Source of the DNA: Lytechinus pictus
Taxonomy: Eukaryota
DNA length: 64,000 nt
Direction of reading: 5' to 3'
NCBI RefSeq assembly: GCF_037042905.1
Contig: NC_087252.1
Span: forward strand, 11,224,001-11,288,000
Position 1 is the stretch's first letter. Every line of letters begins with the position of its first letter. The notes under the pieces were generated by a model. The model saw only the letters and a program-made list of their open reading frames with translations. It was not told where the DNA came from and ran no database searches. Positions 11,925-24,900 of the stretch are shown in pieces. The translations under genes were made by a program, and so were the position numbers.

Positions 11925-12790
11925 GACAGTAATGACATTATTTATTCTCAGATCACTCCAACGGGTATCGGAAAACACACTAACATTTGAAACATATTTA
12001 CATTTGAATTTTAAACATATTTACAAAAAATATATATGAACAAAAATACAGACAAGAAACCCACATATTATCACTGAAATAGTATAATAACATATTATAA
12101 TAAGATATAAATACATTATTTCTTGAAATACTAAATTTTAGAATAAACAGCAAAAAAGTAAAACATGATGCGTAAAAAAGGCACCAGCAGCAAACTAAAT
12201 ACAAAAATTAATCAGTTTATCAAATAATACATATGTGATATCTATATCTATATAGTAATCAAGATAAATTATTAAAAGACAAATAAAACGAAATAAATGA
12301 ATACTTCTATTCTTTGATTACTCTATAAGAAGCGAAGCATAATTATTTTACAAAATTTAGCCAGATTTAGAAGTGTGTTTAATTTAGCTGTGTTAAATAA
12401 TTTTTCCATTTTGTAAGTGTTAGACCTCTTTGTGAAGTAATTGTCTAAATGTAATTTTCTCTCTGCTGAAAAAGCCGGACAAACAAACAAATAATAGTAT
12501 CCATCGCCTATAAGTTGTGATTGACACAGATTGCAAATTATATTATTTCTTTCAACGTTTTCATACCTCCTTGTAACTATTGGTAGATGAAGGTTTTCAC
12601 AGCGGAATTTTGAAAAGCATATACGATATTTTTTAGGAAAAACAATCGTGTATTTTTCTAATTCAAGAGACTTTTTATAGATCCGATAATTAATACATTG
12701 AGGATTATCATACATTTCCGAGTACCAATTTTGAAAGAGGCAATCTTTTAAACGTTGATCAATTGTACGTTTGATCCAAGTACTGTGAGT
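11925..12790 (-). mobile_element. 5'-truncated LINE remnant (RTE-X/Proto2-like ORF2 C-terminus and 3'UTR)
   Basis: Reads WIKRTIDQRLKDCLFQNW...SKFRCENLHLPIVTRRYENVERNNIICNLCQSQLIGDGYYYLFVCPAF, a degenerate C-terminal zinc-knuckle region. AATAAA lies near 11940. Confidence 0.75.
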
Positions 12791-12845
12791 AGGGCGCGCG
12801 CGTGTGTGTGTGAGAGGGTGTGTGAGGGTGTGTGTGGGTGTGTGT

Positions 12846-13010
12846 GGAGGTGCCGTGGCTGAGTGGTCTAAGGCGCCTTGCTATACATGGATAGTTCGGG
12901 GTTCGATCCCCGGCCGCGGCACCTATGCCCGTGAGCAAGGCATTTAATCTACAGTGCTCATGTATCCTGCTTTCAAATAGATAGAAATGTTATATGCATT
13001 ATCGGTAATA
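12846..13010 (+). mobile_element. tRNA-derived SINE (5' part)
   Basis: A box TGGCTGAGTGG, B box GGTTCGATCCC, followed by cccgtgagcaaggcatttaat (CORE-like). Confidence 0.75.
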
Positions 13011-15499
13011 AGGTGTGCCCTTGATAAAAAAAAAGTATAGATATGTACCTACATATAAGTATTTTTGTTTGTCTGGGGGAGAGGGTATAGCTGCTCACTC
13101 GGAAAGGCTAATGTCACATCCACAAATGAAATCAACCTCGACCCAACTGGGGGCATCATATCATAACAAAACAACTGTAATGATCTTCACTAATATTATT
13201 GACCAATTCCGTCTATGGCATATCATGATCAAATAGACAGGAGAGCATTGCAAGGTAAATGAGGTACCAAAAATACATACGTTTAAATGTCTTTTAAATC
13301 ATAATTGCGTCTATGGATAGTGATGAATCATAACAGCCAACCCCTAACACAATAGGATGGCCCATTTCAAAGTCAGTTTTGATCATTTTTTTAAAACATT
13401 AATTGAATCAGTAAACAATGGTAAAAGTTCAAAATTATTGGCGCATCTCACTTAGATAAAAACAAAACTAATGTTCACTAATATGAGGTCAACTTTGTTC
13501 ATGTTTTGACCTAAATGGTAATACTGACAATTGCACTACCCCCCCCCTATTTAAATAAAGATAAACACAAGTATTTGATAAAGATCCTTGATTTTACTAC
13601 AATATCATTATTTAATTAAAACTTTACGGGAGGTAAAAACCTCGGTCCGAGGTTTGCGCGATGTTATTTGCTACAAAATCTAGTGAGTGCGCTTCGCGCG
13701 GCCAATTGGTGCTACGGCATGCCACTCATCAACGACCAACTTTTTGGGGAGGATGAATTGATCTTTTTCTTCATTCATTGCATCAGTGATGAAATATGAA
13801 CAACAAATGACAGTTTTTAAAATTTAAGGAACAATGTGCTTGATTTTATTGAAACGAGATTTTTGCGTTTTATAGGTGTTTCTTTTCTTAGACTTTTTAT
13901 CATCAACCAATACCCTCCATCCTTACCCATCTTTTGTTGAAATTTGTTTCAAATTTTCAAGACCCCTTTTTAAATCAACCATTTTGCAAGTTGTTCCTAA
14001 GAAAGGAAATATCCTTTGACTATTTCGCGTCACCCTTGTATGTTTTATCCCACGAAAAACATAATAAAACGGCCAAAAATTGGAAGCCCGACTGCCAAGA
14101 CCCAGATCAAAATTCCAGAATCTCGAGTAAGGATGATATATACCTTTAATAACTCAATCAACATGATCAAGTCTAATTGCCAGGATGAAAAAAAGGGATC
14201 TGGGTATAACTCATTTCAGGGCCATTACCTATTACCCTTTACCTATTACCCTTGACCCTTGGGATAAAATTGCAACTTACGAATTGTTTCGCTTGCATGC
14301 ATTTACCCAGTTCACAACAACAACCACATTCTTAAGGAGTGCATTAATTAGGGTAATTAAAGTTTGAATGTAAAAGGCAGTATCGTTGGTTTTGGGCGCC
14401 GCTCGGTTTTGGATGAGCGCCGCTTATGTTATCCAGTGCTTAATGTTTAAGTATTTTTTTTTTCTGAAATGACTATTCATCAATTTCCCGCGTGTTTTCA
14501 AGAATGTCATCATTGATGTACCATCACCTATTTATCGATATATTGCCTTGTTTGCATGCTTTGTTGTTGTTCATACTTAAAATGGCAACAATGACCACTT
14601 TCTCTATAAGCATGCATGCATTTGGGCACTTTTTTATAAGAGAACTCCAGACCCTAATTGGTATGGGTAATGAAAATTGCATGCTTGGTTCTGGTCGAGC
14701 GATCGTTGCATAATTATGCTTATTTGTACGCTTATACCTCATTCATATTAAAAAAGCAACAATAATGCCCTTTCTAATAAGCATTAAAGTTCCTTGTTCA
14801 AATGTGAATACCAGACCCTGGTTAGTATGGACATTGCTCGACTTTTTTTTTATCTCCAGGTTTTTGTTTCATTATTATTCAATGTTCAATGCTTTGATGC
14901 ATGTTTCTAACCGTATTTTGTTGCATGCCTTTACCCGGTTATGCCATATAATGCATTCTCTAAACATACTCTGACTCTATTGAGATTGCTTTATTAAAAT
15001 GTGAATGTCCGACCCTGGCTGGTTTAAGTATAGCTTTACTTTGGCTGAGCGACACTCTTGTATTTTCACTGCTTTCATGCAAGCTTTTAAAATGCTCATT
15101 GACAATTTTATCTTGTGTTTTCAAGAATTTTATTTAAACTGGCTGATTGGTATTGGTCGGCCTGGTCTAGCGATTCTCCTTTGTTATGTATTTTTTGCTC
15201 TGATGTATTTTTTTTCAGAGGAAATTGCCTGTTTGCATGTCCAAAATTAGAAACAGCGACAATTTGATCTATTTTCAATTGTACTGGCAAAAAAATTATT
15301 GCCGCCTCTTTTCATGCTTTGTTTTCATGTCCACAATATGGATTTTGCTTTTATCGATATGCTTAATCTTGTTATTTGCCCACCTTTATGGAGTATCGTT
15401 ATTTTTCATCATTTGCATTTTTTATTATATCGATTTTTCTTTGGGCATCTCTCTCTCCAGTAATTATCTTTGATGTATTTTTACTGTCTTTGCTCTCTG

Positions 15500-18400
15500 A
15501 CGCGTTCGTCCGCTCTGCCTACGAAGATTTCTGCTAAATGCTGCCCTCTCTCGAACCTTTATGAATTCGTTATTTGTTTTTATGTGTTTTTGTTTCTCTG
15601 TATCACTGTTACTTATTTGTTCCCACACAGGACCTTTTATTTTGATTACTCTTCTGTTACTAACTCAATGCCGAAAGTAGTAGTGAATGTTGAGACGCTA
15701 ACCGTACTTCCGTGAATACTTTAACTGATATGCCGTTTTATTCTTTGAGTAATGATGACCTCTCCATTAGTTTAAATACACATAATTCAATTGGCAACCC
15801 TCAGGTTAATTTGGCGTACAACCACTTTGTAGCCAACAACATTAACGCATCATCAGAACTTCTTGATTTTCACTCTGATCATGACTTAATTCGCAATCCA
15901 TCATCAGAATACATCACTGAACTTCAATTCAAAAACACTAGTAAACAATTCTCCAAAGATATTTTTTCTTTATTACATTTAAACATAAGAAGCATAAATA
16001 AACATTTCGAAGAGTTCCAACTGCTATTAGACAATAATTCATCTAGACATTCGTTTTCCATTATTGGACTTACAGAAACTTGGTTAACTGACGAATCCAA
16101 TATTCCATTTGCATTAGATCAATATGATTTCGTTTTCAATAATAGGAAAGATAGGCATGGCGGTGGTGTTGCGTTATATGTTTCCCACAATTACGAATAC
16201 AAAATTCATGACGAAATCACTAATATGAATGAATATATAGAGTCACTTTTTATCGAAATCAATGTCCCAAATTCCAAAAATATAATTGTAGGTGTTATAT
16301 ATAGACCACCAAATTCTAACCATAATGATTTTTTACTTCACCTTTCTAACTTAGTTAGAAACCCATTGTTGGTGAACAAAGATGTTTTTATATTAGGGGA
16401 TTTTAATATCGATATATTGAAGCATGACAGCAACAATACTGCCCATGAATTTCTTGAAACATTTTTGACTTCTTCATATTTGCCATTAATATCAAAACCC
16501 ACTCGCATTGCAGATCGCTCTGCAACCCTTATTGATAACATATTTTGTAACATCATGCCGTCTCCTGATTCTGAAATTATATTATCCGATCTGACAGATC
16601 ATTTTCCCATTATGTCACATTTTCCCCTCAAACACTCGTGTATTAATCCTTCCAAGCCATCAAGGCGGAGACCTACTCCCGAGAATCTTGCAAGACTGGG
16701 TGTTTCGTTAGAGTCTGTTGACTGGTCGCCTATTTATAACAATAATGATGCAAACATATGCTTTAATAACTTTCTGAATATTTTTAACAGTGAATTAGAT
16801 AAGCATATTCCAAAAGTAAAAGATAGACAAACTAACTACAAAAAATCACCAAGACTTCCTTGGATATCTAAAGCACTTTTGCGTTCAATTAACAGAAAAA
16901 ATAATTTATATTATAATTCAAAACTTAAAGGTACTCTTCAGGCAAAAACTAAATACACCACATATAAGAATACTCTAACTACGACAATACGTTTGGCAAA
17001 GAAAAGATATTTCACTGATCAAATAATTCTGTATAAGCACGACATTCAAAATACATGGAAAGTTCTTAAACAAGCAATGAATTTATCCAATAATAAGTCC
17101 GATATAACTGAAATTAGGTCTAACGGTGATATCATTGGAGATCCTGAAAATATAGCTAATGTTTTTAATGATTATTTTTCATCTATAGGAATTAACCTTG
17201 CTAGAGACATCCCCCCTTCAACAAAACATTTTTATGATTATCTAGGTACACCTAATTCTAGTTCAATATTTTTCACTCCCGTAGTCAAACAAGATATTAC
17301 TGATATTGTATCTAATTTGAATAATAAAAAAAGTCCTGGTTATGATGATGTCAATAACTTCATTTTAAAAGGTATAATATCTGAAATTGTTGATCCTTTG
17401 ACATATATTTTTAACCTTTCTCTAACCTCTGGTCAAGTCCCTGATCACATGAAAATTGCCAAGGTCATTCCATTGTACAAAAAAGGTGACAAGTTAAGTA
17501 TCAGTAACTATCGCCCAATTTCTTTATTATCGTCCTTGTCCAAAATTTTAGAAAAAGTGGTTTATAGCAAAACAATTGATTTTTTAAAATCTCACAATAT
17601 TTTTTCTAACTTTCAGTTTGGATTTAGAGAAAAACATAACACAGAACATGCATTATTGAATTTCGTTGATAAAGTGGCCCACGCTTTTGATAATTGCTCA
17701 CATCTAGTCGGTATTTTTCTGGACTTCTCCAAGGCCTTCGACACCATTAACCATGATATTTTATTACATAAACTTTCTCATTATGGGGTGCGCGGGAAGG
17801 CCTTGGAGTGGTTCAGAAGCTACTTGTCTGATAGACGCCAATTTGTATCTTTGAATGGTCATGCATCCAACATGCAATCTATTAATTGTGGAGTCCCGCA
17901 AGGCAGTTTGTTAGGCCCGTTATTATTTATCATCTATATTAATGACTTTTGTAAATCATCTGATGTCCTTTCGTTTATACTCTTTGCAGACGATTCCAAT
18001 ATATTTTATTCCCATAAAAATCCATATACCTTAGTAAATACTATTAATAATGAACTTTTAAAAGTCACAGAATGGATAAGATCCAACAAATTGTCTCTTA
18101 ATCTACTTAAAACTAAATATATGCTATTTAGCAATTCCATTGATACACTTCCGATGGACATTGTTTTAGATGACACTAATTTAGAAAGTGTCACATTCAT
18201 AAAATTTCTCGGTGTTACCGTTGATAATAAGCTTTCCTGGAAATACCACATAGATTGTACTTGTAAGATTATTTCGCGAAATATTGGCATTATCAATAAA
18301 TTGAAATATCATTTTTCGTCGTCGTCACTTTTAATGCTATATTCTTCTTTGATCCTACCTTACTTGAATTATGGGATACTTGCCTGGGGCAGCACACACC

Positions 18401-19402
18401 AAACCATTTTAGATAGACTGTTGTTACTGCAAAAGAAGTCCCTTCGTATTATTCATAATTCAGCTTTTCGTTCACACACTGACCCACTATTTTTTGACAG
18501 CAAATTGCTGAAGATAAGCGACCTATACTTATTTCATTTAGGGCAATTTATGTTTAAATTTAACAAAAATATCCTTCCACGTGTATTTGATTCTATGTTT
18601 CCTCTTAATCGGTCTTTTCATAATTACCCTACGAGGCAATCTAACGAATTTCATTTACCCCGTTTTAGAACTTTATTGGCAAAGAGTACATTTATGTTCG
18701 ATGGCCCTAGTTTTTGGAACTCCCTCGACAATAACATAAAAAACAGCCCTTCCATACATTCTTTTAAAAGAAAACTGAAAAACTTCTTACTTAAATCCTA
18801 CCGAGGTCTTCATTACTAATTCCCGCTCGTTACCACCCCCTCTCAGACATCTAGTTATTTTTATTAGTCTTTATCATCTTGTTTTATTCTCTAATTTCGG
18901 TCGCAATTCGTCCTGTTTCTATTTAAGTTTACTTCTCCTTTTGTCGTCCTGTTCTTGTTCTTGATTTTTTTTTCTTCGTGGTATTTTACTCTTTATTAGT
19001 TTTGTCTTGTTCTGTGTGTTATCTTGTTCTTTTTAATCTATTCAGTAAGTCTCCGTAGGCAAATAGCAACCATTGCGTCTCCCCCCCCCCTCTTTCTTTC
19101 TCTCTCTCCTCTTTTCTCTTCTTTGAGGGAGGTTCACATTATACAAGCTTTGCTTTTGAGTGAATCTCCTATTTCCACAGATACCTTTTTTTTCTATTTG
19201 AATTATATTTTATAATTTGTCTACGAAATGCACCACATTTTGTATATATCTTTATATGTTAATTATCATGAATGTTTTTTACTATGATTATAAAGACAAT
19301 GATTTGTATCGCAAATATTTGTTACAATGTATGAAAATGATTTGTATCAATATTTATGTTATTTCTGTTGGAAATAAATCTGAATCTGAATGAATCTGAA
19401 TC
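15500..19402 (+). mobile_element. Non-LTR retrotransposon, ORF2-only copy (5' boundary uncertain)
   Basis: ORF2, T-rich 3'UTR with hairpin ggaggttcac...caagctttgctt...gtgaatctcc (~19128-19169), AATAAA and a (CTGAAT)n tail ending at ~19402. Confidence 0.85.
15712..18819 (+). CDS. LINE ORF2: AP endonuclease + reverse transcriptase (CR1/L2 group, Crack-like)
   Basis: Uninterrupted 1035 aa. APE motifs HLNIRS, GLTETW, YRPP, GDFN, IDNIF, TDHFPI; RT motifs NYRPISLL, QFGFR, LDFSKAFD, GVPQGSLLGP, FADD, FLGV. First ATG at 15730. Confidence 0.97.
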   Translation: MNTLTDMPFYSLSNDDLSISLNTHNSIGNPQVNLAYNHFVANNINASSELLDFHSDHDLIRNPSSEYITELQFKNTSKQFSKDIFSLLHLNIRSINKHFEEFQLLLDNNSSRHSFSIIGLTETWLTDESNIPFALDQYDFVFNNRKDRHGGGVALYVSHNYEYKIHDEITNMNEYIESLFIEINVPNSKNIIVGVIYRPPNSNHNDFLLHLSNLVRNPLLVNKDVFILGDFNIDILKHDSNNTAHEFLETFLTSSYLPLISKPTRIADRSATLIDNIFCNIMPSPDSEIILSDLTDHFPIMSHFPLKHSCINPSKPSRRRPTPENLARLGVSLESVDWSPIYNNNDANICFNNFLNIFNSELDKHIPKVKDRQTNYKKSPRLPWISKALLRSINRKNNLYYNSKLKGTLQAKTKYTTYKNTLTTTIRLAKKRYFTDQIILYKHDIQNTWKVLKQAMNLSNNKSDITEIRSNGDIIGDPENIANVFNDYFSSIGINLARDIPPSTKHFYDYLGTPNSSSIFFTPVVKQDITDIVSNLNNKKSPGYDDVNNFILKGIISEIVDPLTYIFNLSLTSGQVPDHMKIAKVIPLYKKGDKLSISNYRPISLLSSLSKILEKVVYSKTIDFLKSHNIFSNFQFGFREKHNTEHALLNFVDKVAHAFDNCSHLVGIFLDFSKAFDTINHDILLHKLSHYGVRGKALEWFRSYLSDRRQFVSLNGHASNMQSINCGVPQGSLLGPLLFIIYINDFCKSSDVLSFILFADDSNIFYSHKNPYTLVNTINNELLKVTEWIRSNKLSLNLLKTKYMLFSNSIDTLPMDIVLDDTNLESVTFIKFLGVTVDNKLSWKYHIDCTCKIISRNIGIINKLKYHFSSSSLLMLYSSLILPYLNYGILAWGSTHQTILDRLLLLQKKSLRIIHNSAFRSHTDPLFFDSKLLKISDLYLFHLGQFMFKFNKNILPRVFDSMFPLNRSFHNYPTRQSNEFHLPRFRTLLAKSTFMFDGPSFWNSLDNNIKNSPSIHSFKRKLKNFLLKSYRGLHY

Positions 19403-20289
19403 TATTAATGGCTCTTTTCTTCAGCTAAATTAAAACCAAAGTGGGCGATTAAAACTATCAGCATATATTCCCGATATATGCACTGTCAAAACATGAACGG
19501 GGTTTTCAAAGAAGAATGTGCAAATTTCATACTTCACCGATGATGGCTTGTGGTATTATTTCATGACACCAATAAATAAGTGACATAACAAAAGCTGTTA
19601 TTTCCAACAAATGCCGCCAGGTCGTAGGATTATCGAAGCTTCTATTGTCATTACTTTTATCGTTCGAAACCCGTTATTAATCGCAATATATATCGCCTTA
19701 ACCGGGTACAATAAAGGAGTGGTTATGTGTGCTCTTTTACGTCTAAAATCATTGTGGTTCAAGATAGTATTCCTATGTCTAGGTCTTTTTTTTTGGGGGG
19801 GGGGGCTGTGATTGTGACTTTATGGTATTTTATGTTTGGCCTAATAAAAGGTATCTACTTTTTCGGCCATTTCGAATAATTTCTTTGATGTACATTGTTA
19901 TTTATACACTGTTATGCTTTGTCGATTTTAACTATTTTTATCTGATCTCTCAATGAGAAATAAATGAAACTTCAAACTTGATATCAAAAGGTTGGGTTAG
20001 CCTCGTAATATGCTGAGCGTGCTTGTAACTTCGAGAAAATCACATTCGTTTCCATATTTCCAGCGTTTTTGTCGGGGCTTGGTGGAGATTTGATTAAAAT
20101 TTGTGTTTAAAATAAATTGTTACATTTTTTCCATTATTGAGTGTACCCATTTCATGAGGTTGCACGGGAGGTCGATTAGATTGTACTGTAAATATTCGGG
20201 CTTAAACTGAACTATGATATGAATTTATATCGAAATCCCTATTCAGAAACTAATAATGAATTATGACTTTGATAACATGATAATGTTTT

Positions 20290-20375
20290 ATGCATGAACC
20301 GCTGGGGGGAAAAACGGCTTACGGCTATGGTGGCTACCCTGGGTAAATAAGAGTTATTATTGTTATTCTTATTAC

Positions 20376-20420
<45 letters not shown>

Positions 20421-20460
20421 CATTATTATTATTATTATTATTATCATTATTATTATTATA
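20290..20460 (+). mobile_element. 3' end of an older LINE/SINE with a long (TTA)n tail
   Basis: gtggctaccctgggtaaataa is identical to the SINE end at 46621-46641; followed by ~100 bp of (TTA)n. Confidence 0.65.
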
Positions 20461-21100
20461 GGCTTTCTCAATGAACCGATTATGCCTCGCTGATATATTA
20501 AACTTTTTCGTCTGAAGTCAGCATTTGGGACCCGCTAAATGAATTTCCTGCTATAATATGCTAGTATCCGTGTCTTTTCATCGTTATTATTGCCTGAAAA
20601 TGACTTTGTTGATGCAGTAAATCGCTTTTTTACCTTCAAGATTGATCTCGAACATCAGTCAATCAGGCGTATATACTACAGTGGGTAGTCCCATATATGC
20701 TTCGTTTGTGGTACACGGAAACATTTTTCACGCTGGACTATATAATGATATATCTGACTCAATTCAGTAAGTTCTATTTCATTCTTTGATAAGAATATGT
20801 ATCTACCTTGAGTACTTTTGCAATGCAGACAATATACTTTTTTCTGAAGATCTACATCTGTTGATATACATTGGATCATTTCCTGATCAATGTCTACTAT
20901 TCTTACATGAGTTTCATGATATACCACAGTGTCCATACTTTTCCGTTATTATGCTCATTGTGTATACAGTTGACATAATATATTCCCATATCTACGTGAG
21001 CTGATCTTTTCCTGATATAATCTGATTTGGATATATAACCAGCTTGGCGTTATAACAACATCTTTTCGATCATTGTGTTGTATATGTGATCATCTTCAAA

Positions 21101-21844
21101 ATGGCGTCCCCTGGCATTGACGATCCCATCCAAGAACGTCTTGATGATATGTTTTCCCGCGTCCAAAAGGAAAACAAAGAACTTCTCAAGTCTATCCATT
21201 CTACAATAACGGATGTAGTTCATAAGGAATTTGCTACATTGTTCGATAGGCTAGATGAACAACAAGCCAGGATAATGGATCTCGAATCGGTAAATAGAAG
21301 TCAAGCCCAAGAGATTAGCCGTCTTAAGTCTTCATTTGACGAGCAGAAAAGTCTTACCGATAATCTGCGACAATCAACGCACGACTTAGAGCAGTACTCC
21401 AGGCGCAATTGTCTGCAGTTTTTCGGCGTTACTGAAAAGCCGAATGAGTCAACAGATGACCTAATTTGTAACATAGTCAAAGAAAAGTTGAAGATCGATA
21501 TTTCAACTAACGACATCGACCGGTCGCACCGTATCGGTGACCCCTCAAAACTCCCTACTAAAAGAAAAGGGAAGGTTTGGCTCCGCCCCATCATTGTTAA
21601 ATTCGTCTCATACCGAACGCGACATGCAGTGATCTCCCAACGACGCGCCCTGAAAGGAACTCATGTTGTCATTCAGGAAGACTTAACCAAAGATAATCAA
21701 AAACTTATAAACGCTACAATGAAAAAAAGTAGCGTGGACGCAGCGTGGTCCAGTGATGGCAGGGTGATAGCTAAAATCAAAGCTACTAACGGAAAAACAA
21801 TAAACAAAGTGATACACTGCCTTAAAGACTTAGATGCTTTGTGA
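21101..21844 (+). CDS. LINE ORF1 (coiled coil + RRM + CTD, L1-ORF1/Transposase_22-like)
   Basis: Start in context aaaATGGCG; heptad-rich N-terminus; LEQYSRRNCLQFFGV, IDRSHRIG, RPIIVKF, IQEDLT, AWSSDGRV. Confidence 0.92.
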   Translation: MASPGIDDPIQERLDDMFSRVQKENKELLKSIHSTITDVVHKEFATLFDRLDEQQARIMDLESVNRSQAQEISRLKSSFDEQKSLTDNLRQSTHDLEQYSRRNCLQFFGVTEKPNESTDDLICNIVKEKLKIDISTNDIDRSHRIGDPSKLPTKRKGKVWLRPIIVKFVSYRTRHAVISQRRALKGTHVVIQEDLTKDNQKLINATMKKSSVDAAWSSDGRVIAKIKATNGKTINKVIHCLKDLDAL

Positions 21845-21963
21845 ACTTTTGTTGCGGCCCCATCCAACTGACTTTCCCTACCGCATAAATATTACCTGAT
21901 ATTTCACAGGACTTTTGAGACTTTGAACGACTAACTGATTAATGTACTATTAGTAATTCTTAT

Positions 21964-24900
21964 ATGCTCGCTGCTTTTTTATCATTTTTTTTTTGTGTGT
22001 ATATTGAATATATTAATTGTCCTTTTTTCAAGTCCTCTATTCAATCTCATAGGTTTATATTCATGTTAGCTAGGTCTACTCCATATTCCCCCCATGATGA
22101 TCAGGATATAAATGTTTCAACATGTTCAAACCCAAATGACATGTTTCAACTGGCACCAGATGAGTTTATGTCTGCAAGGGGTTTTAAAATATCTCATTTG
22201 AATTGTCTATCGTTACTGAAAAATTTTGATGAAATTAAATCTACGACCTTAAGTATGGGTCTCGATATTGCTACTCTAAGTGAAACACATCTTAGTACAT
22301 CCATAAATGACGCTGAAATCCAAATCCCTGGCTATGATGTTCAAAGATTAGATCGTAACAGATTTGGGGGAGGTGTTTTAGTGTACATTGGGAATCATCT
22401 TCATTATGTTAGAAGAGACGATTTAATGGAAAACTCCCCCCTCGAGATTATTATAATAGAAATGAAATTGACCAATCAGAAACCTTTAATCATAGTATGT
22501 TGGTATCGCCCACCTAACTCTAAAGCAGAATCGTTTGTAGCATTTGAAAATGTGATGAGCAAAATCGATAACTTAAATACCAATTACATTGTTATCGGAG
22601 ACATGAATTGTGATGTGCTAAAGGAACTCAAATCGTGGCAGACCACTAAATTGTTAAATATCATGGAATCTTTCAATTGCAAACAACTTATCACAAAACC
22701 GACAAGGGTTAGTTCCTCTTCTGCTACCGCTGTTGATCTTATTTTCACTAACTGTGAATCAAAATGTTCAATCAGTGGTGTCATCAAACTATCTATGTCT
22801 GATCATTATATGATCTATTGTGTATTTGGTAAATCTCTTTCTGAGTCTACTTGTGCACATAAGTATAAAACTTGTAGAAATTTCAATAAGTTCGACGAGC
22901 TTGCTTTTCAAATTGATGTGAGTAACATGCCGTGGGAGTCTGTTTTCAAATGTACTGATCCGCAAGCAGCCTACGAATGTTTTGTATCTTTGTTGTTAAA
23001 TATCATTGATAAGCACGCCCCCTTACGTAAGCTTCGGGTGAAGCAAAAAGAGTCTCCTTGGTTGATTAGAGATATCTTTAAGCAGATCCGTGAAAGAAAT
23101 CGATTGAAAGCCAAGGCTAAACGGACTAATTCTTTGTCGGATTGGGTTGCGTATAAACGAGCCCGTAATCATGTTACTTCGTGCATTCGAGAAGCAAAAC
23201 GTTGCTTTATCACAAAAAATGTTGAATCTGCAAATAAAAACACAAAGATGATTTGGAAATCGCTCAGATACCTGGCACCCCAAAATAAGTCATCTTGTAA
23301 ATTTCCACCCTTAGTATCTAATAATTCAGTATTAAAGGGACGTGAGTTGGCTAATGCTTTCAATGATTTCTTTACCGACATCGGCAAAAAACTTCAGGCT
23401 GAAAATTTACCAGTGAATGATCCAAACGCAACCAAGTGTCAAACTTGCACTGTAAATGATTCTATTTTTAGCCTTAAAGTAGTAAACGATGATCAAGTCT
23501 GTAAGATAATAAGTAATCTCCCTTGTAATAAAGCAACAGGGCCTGATAATATACCCTCTAAAATGCTTAGTTGTATATCTCACTCAATTGCACCCCCTTT
23601 GACTTATATCATTAATCAGTCTATACTTTTGAGCACTGTCCTAGCGAGTGTTACACCAATTTTTAAAGGAGGTAGTAAATCATGTTTTGATAACTATCGT
23701 CCGATTTCCGTTATTTCAGTCTTGGGTAAAGTTATGGAAAAAGTAGTACACGACCAGTTGATGCATTATATAACAAACAATGATATTTTAACTCCGTGTC
23801 AATCCGGCTTTAGACCCAAACACTCAACGCAAACTGCATTGATACATGTAACAGATCAATGGCTTTCTTCAATTGACAAAGGGGAATTAACTGGCTTGGT
23901 TATGATTGATCTAAAAAAGGCCTTCGACACGGTGGACCATTCGATCCTGTTGGAAAAAATGAAAATGTATGGATTTGATCATCACACCACTGAATGGTTT
24001 AAAAATTATTTATTTCATAGACAACAGTATACGTGTATTAATGGTATATCATCTCTTACAAGGCAGGTTAACTGCGGTGTGCCACAAGGCTCATTGTTGG
24101 GGCCCGTATTATTCTCATTATATATAAATGACCTACCTGATAAATTACACTGTAAAGTGTCTCTTTACGCGGACGATACATGTATATTTTATTCTTCAAA
24201 AAATCCCGAAGTCATAAAAAATAAGCTGAATGTAGATTTATCAACTATTTCATCTTGGCTAAAAGATAACAAATTAATCATTAACACCACTAAGTGTGAA
24301 ACCATGTTTATTGGTTCAGCCCAGAGGCTTAAGAAGAATGAGACCGAACTTAATAGATGCAATGTATGTATTGATGACTGTGAAATAAAAAGAGTTCATG
24401 TTTGTAAATATTTAGGCATATATATTGACGAGTCTCTACTCTGGAATGATCATGTCCAGTCTCTACGTAAGAAAGTTATTAAAAGCCTATATCTCCTTAG
24501 AAGAATTCGTCACTACATTGATCAAAAAACTGCTCTCTTATATTACAAAAGTATCATCCAGTCTCAATTTGATTACTGTAGTACGGTTTGGGGTAATACG
24601 GGTAAAAACAATTCTAAACAACTGCAAATTTTGCAAAATAGGTCCCTTCGGTCAGTCCTTAAAGTTGACCATATGTATCCCACTAAAGTATTGTATAATA
24701 CCCTAAAATTTGATAATCTTGAAGACCGTAGATCAAAACAGTTGGCTCTTTCTATGTATCGTGCCGTCTACAAACTTGCTCCTGATTATATTTGCAATAC
24801 ATTTTCCATTCGTAACACACCCTATAATACCAGATCTGGAAAAACCCAATTAAGGTTAATGCATCCAAAGACGAATTATGGTAAAAGATGCTTCGTCTAC

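Noticed and set aside
16338..18296. Antisense ORFs within LINE ORF2 (also 21301-23387)
   Set aside because: Short shadow frames with no recognisable motifs.
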